DNA of 64,000 nucleotides from an uncultured Methanosarcinales archaeon (GTDB taxonomy: Archaea > Nanobdellota > Nanobdellia > Woesearchaeales > ARS49): positions 96,001 to 160,000 of the forward strand of contig CAZWVL010000001.1 of the NCBI GenBank assembly GCA_964637115.1, read 5' to 3'. Below, in pieces: positions 1 to 8,652 of the stretch (its first letter is position 1; every line of letters begins with the position of its first letter). The position numbers were made by a program, and so were the translations under genes. The notes under the pieces were generated by a model. The model did not search any database and was not told the DNA's origin. It saw only the letters and a program-made list of their open reading frames with translations.

Positions 1-1103
1 CGCTTTCAAGAACAGAACACAAAGATGTTGAGTTAGGAATGAACGACAACGGCTTTTACATTAATGGAACCAGGAAACTGAACCCGATAAAAGCAATCAA
101 ACTACTCAAAGCAGACAAGTTAAACATGGTGATGAGCACTGCTATAGAAAAAAGCGAAGTTTTCAAAAGGCGCTTCAGGCACTGCGCGACACGTTCACTA
201 ATGATATTGCGCAATTACATGGGACATCAGAAAAGAGTAGGAAGGCAGCAGGTAAGCTCGATGATATTGATGAGCGCATTAAAACAACTTGATCCGGAAT
301 TTGCAATTCTCAATGAAGCAAAAAGAGAATGTTTGGAAGACGTGATGGACATCGAGAATACAAAAAAAATATTGCACGGCATTGAAGACGGCACAATCAA
401 ACTTGTTGAGATAGAAACAAAGATTCCATCTCCATTCGCTTTGAATTTGGCGCTTATGGGTTATATGGACGTGTTGCGTATAGAAGACAAATATGAATTC
501 CTGCGCAGGATGCACGAGCAGATTCTGGCGAAAATCTCCGGCAAGGAAGCAAAAGCAGTCAGCGGAAGCTCATTTGTAGAAAAATCACGTGGAGAACGCA
601 ATGAATTCAAAGAAATCTTGAAACGAGAAGCATGGAATTTGAAAAAAGTTCCAAAATTCGCCAAAGCAGAGCTCGTGCGCGTTATTGACGGCGAACGAAG
701 CAACATAGACCCGCGATTTATTGAGGGCATCAACACATACCGCGCCGAAATTGAAGCGAACTGGCCTGAAGAGCTGAAAAAGTTTTTATTTACTGTTTTG
801 AACGACCTGAAAACAGGAGATTTCTCCTACCAAGACTTTTGGAATGAAGAAAGCGCAAAAGAAGAAGAAAAAGTAGAGTTAGAGAAGCAGGAACTATTTG
901 AGCAGTTCAACGAAGCAGCGAAAAGAGCAAAATTAGACCCGCAAATACGCTATGACGTCTACAAGATGATTGCAGGAGACAAGGAAGGCTTCAGAGATGA
1001 TACTTTAAAATGGCTCAAACAGCTGTTCTCCAAAACAGTTTCGTCAATGTGGAAGGACGATATAGCCAAGTTTTTACAGAAAAAATTAAAAGAGCTGGCA
1101 TAA
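1..1103 (+). CDS. lhr: Lhr-family ATP-dependent helicase, C-terminal part (5' end outside window), with a duplicated C-terminal extension
   Basis: Contains FKRRFRHCATRSLMILRNY, ILNEAKRECLEDVMDIE and IPSPFALNL, typical of the archaeal Lhr C-terminus; helicase motifs lie upstream of the window. Confidence 0.85.
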   Translation, partial: LSRTEHKDVELGMNDNGFYINGTRKLNPIKAIKLLKADKLNMVMSTAIEKSEVFKRRFRHCATRSLMILRNYMGHQKRVGRQQVSSMILMSALKQLDPEFAILNEAKRECLEDVMDIENTKKILHGIEDGTIKLVEIETKIPSPFALNLALMGYMDVLRIEDKYEFLRRMHEQILAKISGKEAKAVSGSSFVEKSRGERNEFKEILKREAWNLKKVPKFAKAELVRVIDGERSNIDPRFIEGINTYRAEIEANWPEELKKFLFTVLNDLKTGDFSYQDFWNEESAKEEEKVELEKQELFEQFNEAAKRAKLDPQIRYDVYKMIAGDKEGFRDDTLKWLKQLFSKTVSSMWKDDIAKFLQKKLKELA

Positions 1104-1111
1104 AATCATAT

Positions 1112-1987
1112 ATGATGATCACTGTAGTGGGTGCAGGCAAGTTCGGGCAGGCTATTTCCAAATTACTTGGCCAGAACAAGCACCAAATGGTAGACGTAGA
1201 GAAAGACGGTACGTATTCTTCTGATACTGTTGAAAAAATCAAGAAATCAGACAAATTAATCATATGCGTGCCAAGTCCCTTTTTGCAGGATTGCACAAAC
1301 ATGCTCTCAGGCATAATCAAGCCGGACGCAAAAATACTTTCCTGCACAAAAGGCATTTATGACAATTTGAAAACACCATCAGAAATTATCAAAGAACAAC
1401 TTGCAAACCCGGTTGCGGCATTAATGGGGCCAAATCTTGCAGCCGAAATAATGCAAAACAAGCCGGCAATAGCAGTCATTGCAGGAGACAATTCACACGA
1501 ATGGGCAAGCTACTTTAACAGCACAACATTCAAAGCAATTGCTGAAACAGACATTGTCGGAATAGAATTCGGTGGAGCAATCAAGAACGTTGTTGCTTTA
1601 GGAGCAGGATTGCTTGACGGATATTATGAAAAGGACACTTGCAACTCAATGGGAAGTTTTGTGGCATTTGCATTGCGCGAAATACAGCATTTGTATGAAC
1701 ACAAATCAAGCTCAACAATACCAGAATTAAGTTTTATCGGCGATTTATTTGCAACCTGCATGTCAGAAAATTCCAGAAACCACCAGTTTGGACACCAATT
1801 CGGCAGTGTTTTGCGGGAAGGAAAGCCAACACCAAAGCCGGAGCAGACAGTTGAAGGATATAGGACGTTGCAAATTGTGCAAACATATGCTGAGAAAAAC
1901 AAGATAACAATGCCGACGATAACTGCACTATACAATGTATTCTTCAGAAATGGAAAAATTGAGAATATCATAGAGAGTTGGAGATAA
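1112..1987 (+). CDS. gpsA: NAD(P)H-dependent glycerol-3-phosphate dehydrogenase (bacterial GpsA type)
   Basis: GAGKFG Rossmann motif, MGPNLAAEI, GIEFGGAIKNVVALGAG (catalytic Lys), GDLFATCMSENSRN; start moved to ATG 1112 just after the lhr stop. Confidence 0.9.
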   Translation: MMITVVGAGKFGQAISKLLGQNKHQMVDVEKDGTYSSDTVEKIKKSDKLIICVPSPFLQDCTNMLSGIIKPDAKILSCTKGIYDNLKTPSEIIKEQLANPVAALMGPNLAAEIMQNKPAIAVIAGDNSHEWASYFNSTTFKAIAETDIVGIEFGGAIKNVVALGAGLLDGYYEKDTCNSMGSFVAFALREIQHLYEHKSSSTIPELSFIGDLFATCMSENSRNHQFGHQFGSVLREGKPTPKPEQTVEGYRTLQIVQTYAEKNKITMPTITALYNVFFRNGKIENIIESWR

Positions 1988-1989
1988 AA

Positions 1990-3153
1990 ATGTATACGAA
2001 AATATTAGCAACGGCAAGTTACGTTCCTGAAACCAGACGCACAAATGCAGATTTGGAAAAAATGGTTGATACAACAGATGAATGGATAATGGACCGTGTT
2101 GGCATAAAAGAAAGACGAATATCCAAACCACACGAAAGCCATGCGTTCATGGCAACACAATCGGTAATGAAAGTTGTTGAAAAAGCAGGCATACATCCAA
2201 GACAAGCAAGCATAATTCTAACAGGAAACACGCACGTACAAGGACTAATACCGCCAAAATCGCCCCAATGGGCGCTGGGGCCAAACATGGCAGCATATGA
2301 TGTCGTTGCGGACAACACGAGCGGTATTGTTGAGTCAGCAAGAAACCTTTTCAGAACACTTTCAATACGAGGGGACACCAGCTATACAGGAGAAGTAAGC
2401 GGACAGCTTGGACAAGGAGTAATTTATCATCACCAGCAAACAGGCCTTTCACAAGTCATAGCCAAAGAACTTGGAATGAACTCAAAATTCTCATTCGACG
2501 TAATAACGGGCTGCGCCTCATTCAATTATGGATTAGCCCTCGCAGACACTCTTGTAAAAAAAACATATCCAGAATACGTTGTAGTAGCGGCTGTTGACAA
2601 ATTGCTTGGCATCACAAATCCGAAAGACAGGTCAACAATCATATTATTTGGAGAGCTGGCAGGAGCAGCACTGATTGGACCAAGCAAGCAGGAAGGATTC
2701 ATATCACACCACTTAGAAACAGAAGGCAAGCTAAAAGACACGATAGCGATAAAACAAGAGCCGGGATGGGACAAGCCATACTTCTGGCAGGACGGCAAGG
2801 CAGTTTACAAGTGGGCAGTGCCAAAAATAGTTGAACTGACACGAAAAGCTGTTGAAGAAACACGCGACATTGGCGGCAACAGATTGTTTATAGTTCCCCA
2901 CCAGGCAAACCCGCGAATGGTTGAAACGGCAAAAAAGAATACTGTTTTCAAAAATGTCTATGCAACCATTGTAACAGGAGACATGTTCGGAAACAGCTCG
3001 ACAGCCTCCATAGCACACGCGCTTGATGTGTTATTGACAGAAGGCGTGCAGGTCAACGGCCACAAAGCAAAACCAGAAAAAGGCGACTACATCGGCATAC
3101 TTGGATTTGGAGCGGGATTGTCGTCAGCTGTCAATGTGTACCGCTGCGCTTAA
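1990..3153 (+). CDS. fabH: Beta-ketoacyl-ACP synthase III (FabH family) with an insertion
   Basis: N-terminal DTTDEWIMDRVGIKERR; Cys-His-Asn triad in FDVITGCASF, VPHQAN and FGNSSTASI; GFGAGLS near the C-terminus. Confidence 0.88.
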   Translation: MYTKILATASYVPETRRTNADLEKMVDTTDEWIMDRVGIKERRISKPHESHAFMATQSVMKVVEKAGIHPRQASIILTGNTHVQGLIPPKSPQWALGPNMAAYDVVADNTSGIVESARNLFRTLSIRGDTSYTGEVSGQLGQGVIYHHQQTGLSQVIAKELGMNSKFSFDVITGCASFNYGLALADTLVKKTYPEYVVVAAVDKLLGITNPKDRSTIILFGELAGAALIGPSKQEGFISHHLETEGKLKDTIAIKQEPGWDKPYFWQDGKAVYKWAVPKIVELTRKAVEETRDIGGNRLFIVPHQANPRMVETAKKNTVFKNVYATIVTGDMFGNSSTASIAHALDVLLTEGVQVNGHKAKPEKGDYIGILGFGAGLSSAVNVYRCA

Positions 3154-3161
3154 TTTATAAA
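3154..3161 (+). promoter_or_regulatory. Archaeal TATA box (TTTATAAA) of the MFS gene
   Basis: TTTATAAA about 23 nt before ATG 3184, consistent with a leaderless transcript. Confidence 0.55.
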
Positions 3162-3183
3162 CTGTTAATTGTCAATTCAATAA

Positions 3184-4377
3184 ATGAATATTAAGTTCAA
3201 TATTCCTTTAATGTATGCAATTGCGTCTTTGATGTGGGCGCGATTCTTCCTTCCCGTGCTTGCATTATTCTATATTGCATCTCAAGTGTCCATTGAACAA
3301 TTCACTATCATCATGGGCGCGTTTGCGCTCGCGAACTTCATTCTTGAAATTCCAACCGGCGTTATTGCTGACTTGATTGGAAAGAAAAAGACACTTTTGA
3401 TAGGACGCTCCATGTATGTTATTGAAATTTTGATAATTGCATTTATGAATGGCTTCTGGCCTTTTCTTATTGCAAAAGTTATCAGTGGTATTGCCGTTAG
3501 TTTTGTCTCCGGAGCAAATGAAGCGATGCTCTATGACACTCTGAAAAAGCAGGGGAGAGTCCACGAACACAAGAAAGTCACGGGCATTATGTTCACGCTC
3601 ACCAACATATCAATGGCATTTGTGTTCATTATTGGCGCTTATTTGTTCTCAATCAACAATAAATTGCCTGCGTTCGTGTCGTTGCCTTTTATCGTCGTTG
3701 GCGTCATACTCACCTGCTTTTTGCAGGAACCTTACAAAAGCAAAAAGAAGGCGACGTTTACAAATGCCTGGCTCCACTTCAAAGAAGGATTGGCGTGTGT
3801 CCGGCACAACCCTGTCCTGAAATACCTCATCGCGTTCTCCATGGTTATCGTAGCACTTATTGACATTAACACGTCCGTCTCATCGGCTTATTTCGAGAAG
3901 ATTCTCATTCCAGTAGCATATATCGGCGCGGTTGCATTTGCCGCAAGTATGCTCATTGCATTAGTAAGCAGAAAAGTTCACACGCTCGAACACCGAATCG
4001 GAGACAAGCGCAGCCTTCAATTGATACTCGCGCTCATGATACTCGGTATGCTGCTCATGTCGTTGCTTATTCAATATTATGGCGTTTTGTTTTATTTCAT
4101 TATCTCAATATCTGTTGGCTTCTATTTCGTCCTTGTCAATCATTATGTCAATGTGCACGTTGACACGGCACATCGCGCAACAATAATTTCTATAAAGCAC
4201 ATGGCGGTCCAACTGGCCGCATTTCTTCTGTTTCCGATGTTCGGACATGTTACGAAGAAATATTCGATGGGAACCGCATACTGGGCATTCGGCATATTTT
4301 TAGTTGCATATTCAGTATTCTTGTATTTGTATTCACGTAATATAAAAATAGGTGGATTAAACGAGAAAACTGCTTAA
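3184..4377 (+). CDS. MFS transporter
   Basis: About 12 hydrophobic segments; motif-A-like EIPTGVIADLIGKKKTL; SFVSGANEAMLYDTL. Confidence 0.9.
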   Translation: MNIKFNIPLMYAIASLMWARFFLPVLALFYIASQVSIEQFTIIMGAFALANFILEIPTGVIADLIGKKKTLLIGRSMYVIEILIIAFMNGFWPFLIAKVISGIAVSFVSGANEAMLYDTLKKQGRVHEHKKVTGIMFTLTNISMAFVFIIGAYLFSINNKLPAFVSLPFIVVGVILTCFLQEPYKSKKKATFTNAWLHFKEGLACVRHNPVLKYLIAFSMVIVALIDINTSVSSAYFEKILIPVAYIGAVAFAASMLIALVSRKVHTLEHRIGDKRSLQLILALMILGMLLMSLLIQYYGVLFYFIISISVGFYFVLVNHYVNVHVDTAHRATIISIKHMAVQLAAFLLFPMFGHVTKKYSMGTAYWAFGIFLVAYSVFLYLYSRNIKIGGLNEKTA

Positions 4378-4397
4378 AACAAAATACTGCAAAGAAA

Positions 4398-4841
4398 TCA
4401 GCGATTATCAGGCCGAGATGATTCTGCGTTTATTTTATCATCAATCGTGACAGACTCTCCTGTAATTTCCTGCGCCTTTTGTTCTACCACGTTTTTATAT
4501 TTCATCATATAATCCAAAACATTTTTTTTGCGCTTCTTGACAGGAGCTGTTTGAACAAAATTGTCAGAACTAGGAATCATTTCTACCGCAGTCCTAAGTG
4601 TTGCGTTAATTCCAAATCCAAGAGCGATTACAAAAGGCACTGCAACCATATACCAGCGCTTGCCAATGGCTGTCTCGTACACAAAATTCGCTGTTGCTTT
4701 GTACGCACGCGCAACTGAATCAACCGTAACGTTGGCATATCTTGTTACATCATTATGAAATTTCTCAGCATCAACACCTAAGAATATCGACTCTTCGTGA
4801 GGTTTCCACTCTCTGCCTCCTGTGTAAATCCCTGTCTTCAC
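4398..4841 (-). CDS. Hypothetical membrane protein
   Basis: 147-aa ORF filling the gap, one hydrophobic segment (WYMVAVPFVIALGFGI). Confidence 0.6.
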   Translation of the reverse strand: MKTGIYTGGREWKPHEESIFLGVDAEKFHNDVTRYANVTVDSVARAYKATANFVYETAIGKRWYMVAVPFVIALGFGINATLRTAVEMIPSSDNFVQTAPVKKRKKNVLDYMMKYKNVVEQKAQEITGESVTIDDKINAESSRPDNR

Positions 4842-4894
4842 ACCCTTCTTTAAAACAACAGGCTTTTTAAATATGATGACCTAAATATGTCAAC

Positions 4895-5740
4895 ATGCGC
4901 TACCTGTTATTGTTCATTCTTCTTGCATCAATTGTACAGGCACTCCCGCAGCCATCAGGCTGGGTGAATGACTATGCAAACATACTTTCTCTTGATGAAA
5001 AAATGCAGTTAAATTCGCTCATTGACTCGATTGAGAAGAATACGACAGCAGAAATTGCAATCGTAACAGTGTTGAGCCTTGAAGGCAAGCCAGTAGAAGA
5101 AGTTGCGCTCAATTACATGTCAGAATGGGGTATTGGGAAAGAGAAAAATGACAATGGAATTGTAATCCTGGTATCGCCCACAGAACGCCTATATAGAATA
5201 GAGGTCGGCTATGGAGCAGAAGGCGTCATTACAGACGCGCGGGCAGGAAGAATAGGAAGAGAAATACTTGCGCTCTATTTCAAGGAAGGAAAGTACGGCG
5301 ATGGATTATACATTGCAGTGGAAGAGATAGGAGGATTATTGCGGCAGGATCCGAGCATAATGGCAGAATACACTCCGCGAAAGGAGTTTTTCAACATACT
5401 TGCGCCGTGGATATTTTTCCTTGGGTTTTTCATCACAATGGTCATCGCGCGTATCTCAGCACACCAGAAGAAAAAGCAATTCAGGACTTACTGCATATCT
5501 GAAGGAATATTTGTACTAATACTCATCATTATCGGCATCTGGGTGCCGCACATAGCGTTTATTCTTGCAGCGCCATTCTTTCTAATTATAGGACTTATCG
5601 CATACGCTGCGGCAATAGCGCGCGGCAAACAATTCCACGGCTGGATACCGATTGGAGGGCATTTAGGAGGGCGCCCAGGAGGCTTTGGAGGATTTGGAGG
5701 AGGAACAGGAGGAGGCGGCGGGGCGAGTGGAGGATGGTAG
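4895..5740 (+). CDS. TPM-domain (YgcG/DUF477) membrane protein
   Basis: Signal peptide, WVNDYANIL, NDNGIVILV, RIEVGYGAEG, TM helices and Gly-rich GGFGGFGGGTGGGGGASGGW tail. Confidence 0.92.
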   Translation: MRYLLLFILLASIVQALPQPSGWVNDYANILSLDEKMQLNSLIDSIEKNTTAEIAIVTVLSLEGKPVEEVALNYMSEWGIGKEKNDNGIVILVSPTERLYRIEVGYGAEGVITDARAGRIGREILALYFKEGKYGDGLYIAVEEIGGLLRQDPSIMAEYTPRKEFFNILAPWIFFLGFFITMVIARISAHQKKKQFRTYCISEGIFVLILIIIGIWVPHIAFILAAPFFLIIGLIAYAAAIARGKQFHGWIPIGGHLGGRPGGFGGFGGGTGGGGGASGGW

Positions 5741-5797
5741 CATTGTTAAGTGGTAACATCAGCAAGCTTTAAAAGGGCGACTTATTCTTTAGAATTT

Positions 5798-7966
5798 ATG
5801 GGCGGCGATGAAATCATAGTCAAAACCTTGGAAGAACTTCTTCTTCAGCTCACTCCGGAAGAAAGAGCAAAGGCCCTGCCAGAACTCAGGAAACTTGTTG
5901 ACAGAAGCATTGCGAAAGGAGAAACAGTGGTGCTTAAGGGCATAAGAACTGTTGATGTAAACTCAGAAAAAGAGAACCCTGCTGCCACCAATTATTACGT
6001 CATCAAGAGGGAAATAGGTAGAGGCGGAATGGGAATAGTTTACAAGGCTTATGATGCTGAACTCGAGCGCGAAGTTGCACTAAAAATTTTGAGAGGCAAA
6101 GACGAAGAAAGCATTAAACGTTTTGAAAAGGAGCGCAAGATAACTGCGCAACTCGACCACCCAAACTTTGCGCGCGTTCTAACGATCGGCGAAATGGACA
6201 CGCCTGATGGAAAAATGCCTTTCTACACAATGCCTTATATCGTAGGAGACAATCTTGCAGACTTCATCAAGTGGCGCGGAGCGCCTGGAGATAAAGGACA
6301 AAAATTGCGCAGCGAGTTCACGTTAGTTCGTTTGCTGGGAATGCAACAGCTGATTTGTCAGGCGATACAAAGCGCCCACGGCAAAGGCATAATGCACAGG
6401 GACCTAAAGCCAGCAAACATACTTGTTGGCCCATACGGCGAAGTTTATGTAGTTGATTTTGGCCTGACAAAAAGAATCAAGGAAGTCGAGAATGATTCAC
6501 GGTCCTTGGAAGCAAAGGTTGGAAGGGAACTTAAAGACGAACAGGACCTCACAGGTGACGCTGGAATGGGAACCCAGAATTACATGTCTCCGGAGCAGAT
6601 TCTGGAACCAAGAAAAGTAGACCATCGCGCAGACATTTTCGGACTTGGAGGAATACTATATTACATCTTGGCCGGAGAAATACCAAAATACATCGAGCCA
6701 AGCAAAAAAGAGGTTGAGGAATCTGGAGCAACTGGAGGATTTCTTTTGGCTCTATCTTCCTACAGAATCAGATTTACACTGGATAAATGCAAAATAATCC
6801 CTCCGAGTCAGGTTGTTGCAGAAAGACGCGAGAAACTGAAGGTAATCCAAGAAAGCGGTATTGGCGTCATAATGCCAGAACCGGTAGATCCGGCGCTTGA
6901 AGCAATTTGCATGAAAGCACTGAGAAAAAATCCAGAAGAAAGATACCAATCCTGCAGGGAGATGTGGGAGGCGCTGCAACAATTCATCGAAGGCAAACCA
7001 GAAATGATTCTTGAGAACGAAGCCAAAGAACTGACAAAGGTCATGTCCAAGCAAAACCTGGACAAAACACTTGAGAATCTGGAAATGGCAGAAGTAAAAG
7101 TCCAAGAAGCAATCAACAAGCTGGAAAGAATAAAACGTATGGCGCTGGAAGAAAAGCTGAAAATGATAGATCTGCAGATCCTAAAAGCACGAGTTTACGA
7201 CCAGCGCGGACTAAGCGGCCTGATTGTCGAAACCATAGAAAAAGCAAAAACCCTGATAGAAGCGCCACTTAACATTACACAACGGCAATACATACGATTG
7301 CTGATCATGGAAGGGCTCGCAAAATTCAACCAGAAAACCTATGATGAAGCAAAGGAAATACAATTGAAAGCCATAGAGTTGTGCAAATCGCACCCGGAGA
7401 AAAAACTTTTGGTATCAGCGTACCACAATTACGCCATGGCGTGCCTGTATGATTTCAGCAGGAGACAGGATATGGCTGATTTCAACAATGCAAAGCATGC
7501 ATTTGGTGAGTGTTACAAACTCGCAGACCAGCTTACAGATGTTTTTAATGCAGTACACGCACGAACTATGCTGGCCAATTTGCTTCTTGAAAAAAATGAA
7601 TATCGGGAAGAAGTAAAGTCAACCTTGGAAACAGCCTTAAAGATTGCTGCGGGCGATAATTCGCTTACCGCAGAAGTTCATACGTTGCTGAGCTGGTATT
7701 ATTTCAAACAAAACAGCTATCACGAAACGATAACACATGGCGAATTGGCAGTTTCCCTTGCTGATAAGACAGACAACCAGATAAACCTGAACGAATCACG
7801 GCTCGCACTCGGGCAGGCATACCATCACCTTGGCAATGCTGAGAAGCGCATCCAAAACTTGAAGCCGGTGCTATCCTTCAAGTATGCCCGCGAGCCCTTG
7901 TCGTACGAAGATGCCATAAAGGAATTCTACGCGAAGAACAATTTGGATATAACGGAGCTTGATTAG
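5798..7966 (+). CDS. Hanks-type Ser/Thr protein kinase with C-terminal TPR-like helical repeats
   Basis: IGRGGMGIVY, VALK, HRDLKPAN, DFG, GTQNYMSPEQ, RADIFGLG; TPR-like helices after residue ~450. ATG 5798 preferred over GTG 5750 because TTTAAAA lies about 24 nt upstream. Confidence 0.93.
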   Translation: MGGDEIIVKTLEELLLQLTPEERAKALPELRKLVDRSIAKGETVVLKGIRTVDVNSEKENPAATNYYVIKREIGRGGMGIVYKAYDAELEREVALKILRGKDEESIKRFEKERKITAQLDHPNFARVLTIGEMDTPDGKMPFYTMPYIVGDNLADFIKWRGAPGDKGQKLRSEFTLVRLLGMQQLICQAIQSAHGKGIMHRDLKPANILVGPYGEVYVVDFGLTKRIKEVENDSRSLEAKVGRELKDEQDLTGDAGMGTQNYMSPEQILEPRKVDHRADIFGLGGILYYILAGEIPKYIEPSKKEVEESGATGGFLLALSSYRIRFTLDKCKIIPPSQVVAERREKLKVIQESGIGVIMPEPVDPALEAICMKALRKNPEERYQSCREMWEALQQFIEGKPEMILENEAKELTKVMSKQNLDKTLENLEMAEVKVQEAINKLERIKRMALEEKLKMIDLQILKARVYDQRGLSGLIVETIEKAKTLIEAPLNITQRQYIRLLIMEGLAKFNQKTYDEAKEIQLKAIELCKSHPEKKLLVSAYHNYAMACLYDFSRRQDMADFNNAKHAFGECYKLADQLTDVFNAVHARTMLANLLLEKNEYREEVKSTLETALKIAAGDNSLTAEVHTLLSWYYFKQNSYHETITHGELAVSLADKTDNQINLNESRLALGQAYHHLGNAEKRIQNLKPVLSFKYAREPLSYEDAIKEFYAKNNLDITELD

Positions 7967-8039
7967 TACATACAAAAGATTTATATAGGAGTAGGATACC
8001 TTTTTGTATACTAGTGTAGAGATAAAAGAGGTGCTTACT

Positions 8040-8594
8040 ATGAGAAAAGGAAGTGCATTGATTCTGACTATCGTTTTGGCGGTTGCCGTTGTCGGCCTGG
8101 CGTTTATTTTTGCAAATAAAATGGAAACGCCAACCGGGTATACTATAGGAGGCGGCGGCAGCATTCCAGCGCTCTATTTAGATCCGAACTTAAAGGCAGG
8201 CGGTGGACAAGCTATTGGTTACAACCCTTCTGCTCAGGGCGCACTTGCTAACGCCATAAAGCAGTGCTGCGAATTGCTCTGCATGCAAGTCCAGATACCC
8301 ATGGGCAACTGCATTGGAAGTTGTATGAGTGTAAAAGCAGACTTTGACATGAACGGTGTTATCGACTGTGCAGAGGGAACTCCTGAGCCAACAGAAACGC
8401 CCGCACCTACGGAAACGCCTACAACTGTTCCAACTCAGGTGCCAACGCCTACAACAGTTCCGACTCAAGTACCAACGCCTACAACAGTTCCGACTCCATG
8501 CGCTGGAGGATTCGAAAGTTGCAATGAGTTTGCGGATCCCCCGGTCCTGTGTTGCGCCGGCTTTACATGCATTGAAGGACAGTGCTTCACGTAA
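8040..8594 (+). CDS. Pilin-like (class III signal peptide) surface protein with Pro/Thr stalk and terminal cystine-knot-like domain
   Basis: MRKG/SALILTIVLAVAVVGLAFIF, PTQVPTPTTV repeats, C-x6-C-x9-CC-x4-C-x4-C end; GAGGTG RBS before ATG 8040. Confidence 0.75.
   Translation: MRKGSALILTIVLAVAVVGLAFIFANKMETPTGYTIGGGGSIPALYLDPNLKAGGGQAIGYNPSAQGALANAIKQCCELLCMQVQIPMGNCIGSCMSVKADFDMNGVIDCAEGTPEPTETPAPTETPTTVPTQVPTPTTVPTQVPTPTTVPTPCAGGFESCNEFADPPVLCCAGFTCIEGQCFT
8415..8496 (+). repeat. 30-bp tandem repeat, about 2.7 copies, encoding TPTTVPTQVP
   Basis: ACGCCTACAAC(T/A)GTTCC(A/G)ACTCA at 8415, 8445 and 8475. Confidence 0.9.
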
Positions 8595-8616
8595 GATTAC
8601 ATTAAGTCTTCGTGAG

Positions 8617-8636
8617 TTTTTTCTTTTTTCTTTCTT
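8617..8636 (+). terminator. Oligo-T tract, probable archaeal terminator
   Basis: TTTTTTCTTTTTTCTTTCTT just after the 8594 stop, between convergent genes. Confidence 0.5.
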
Positions 8637-8652
8637 GTGGTCCAAAGATTTT

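Noticed and set aside
1010-1111. Longer gpsA start
   Set aside because: It overlaps lhr by 94 nt; the Rossmann motif begins right after ATG 1112.
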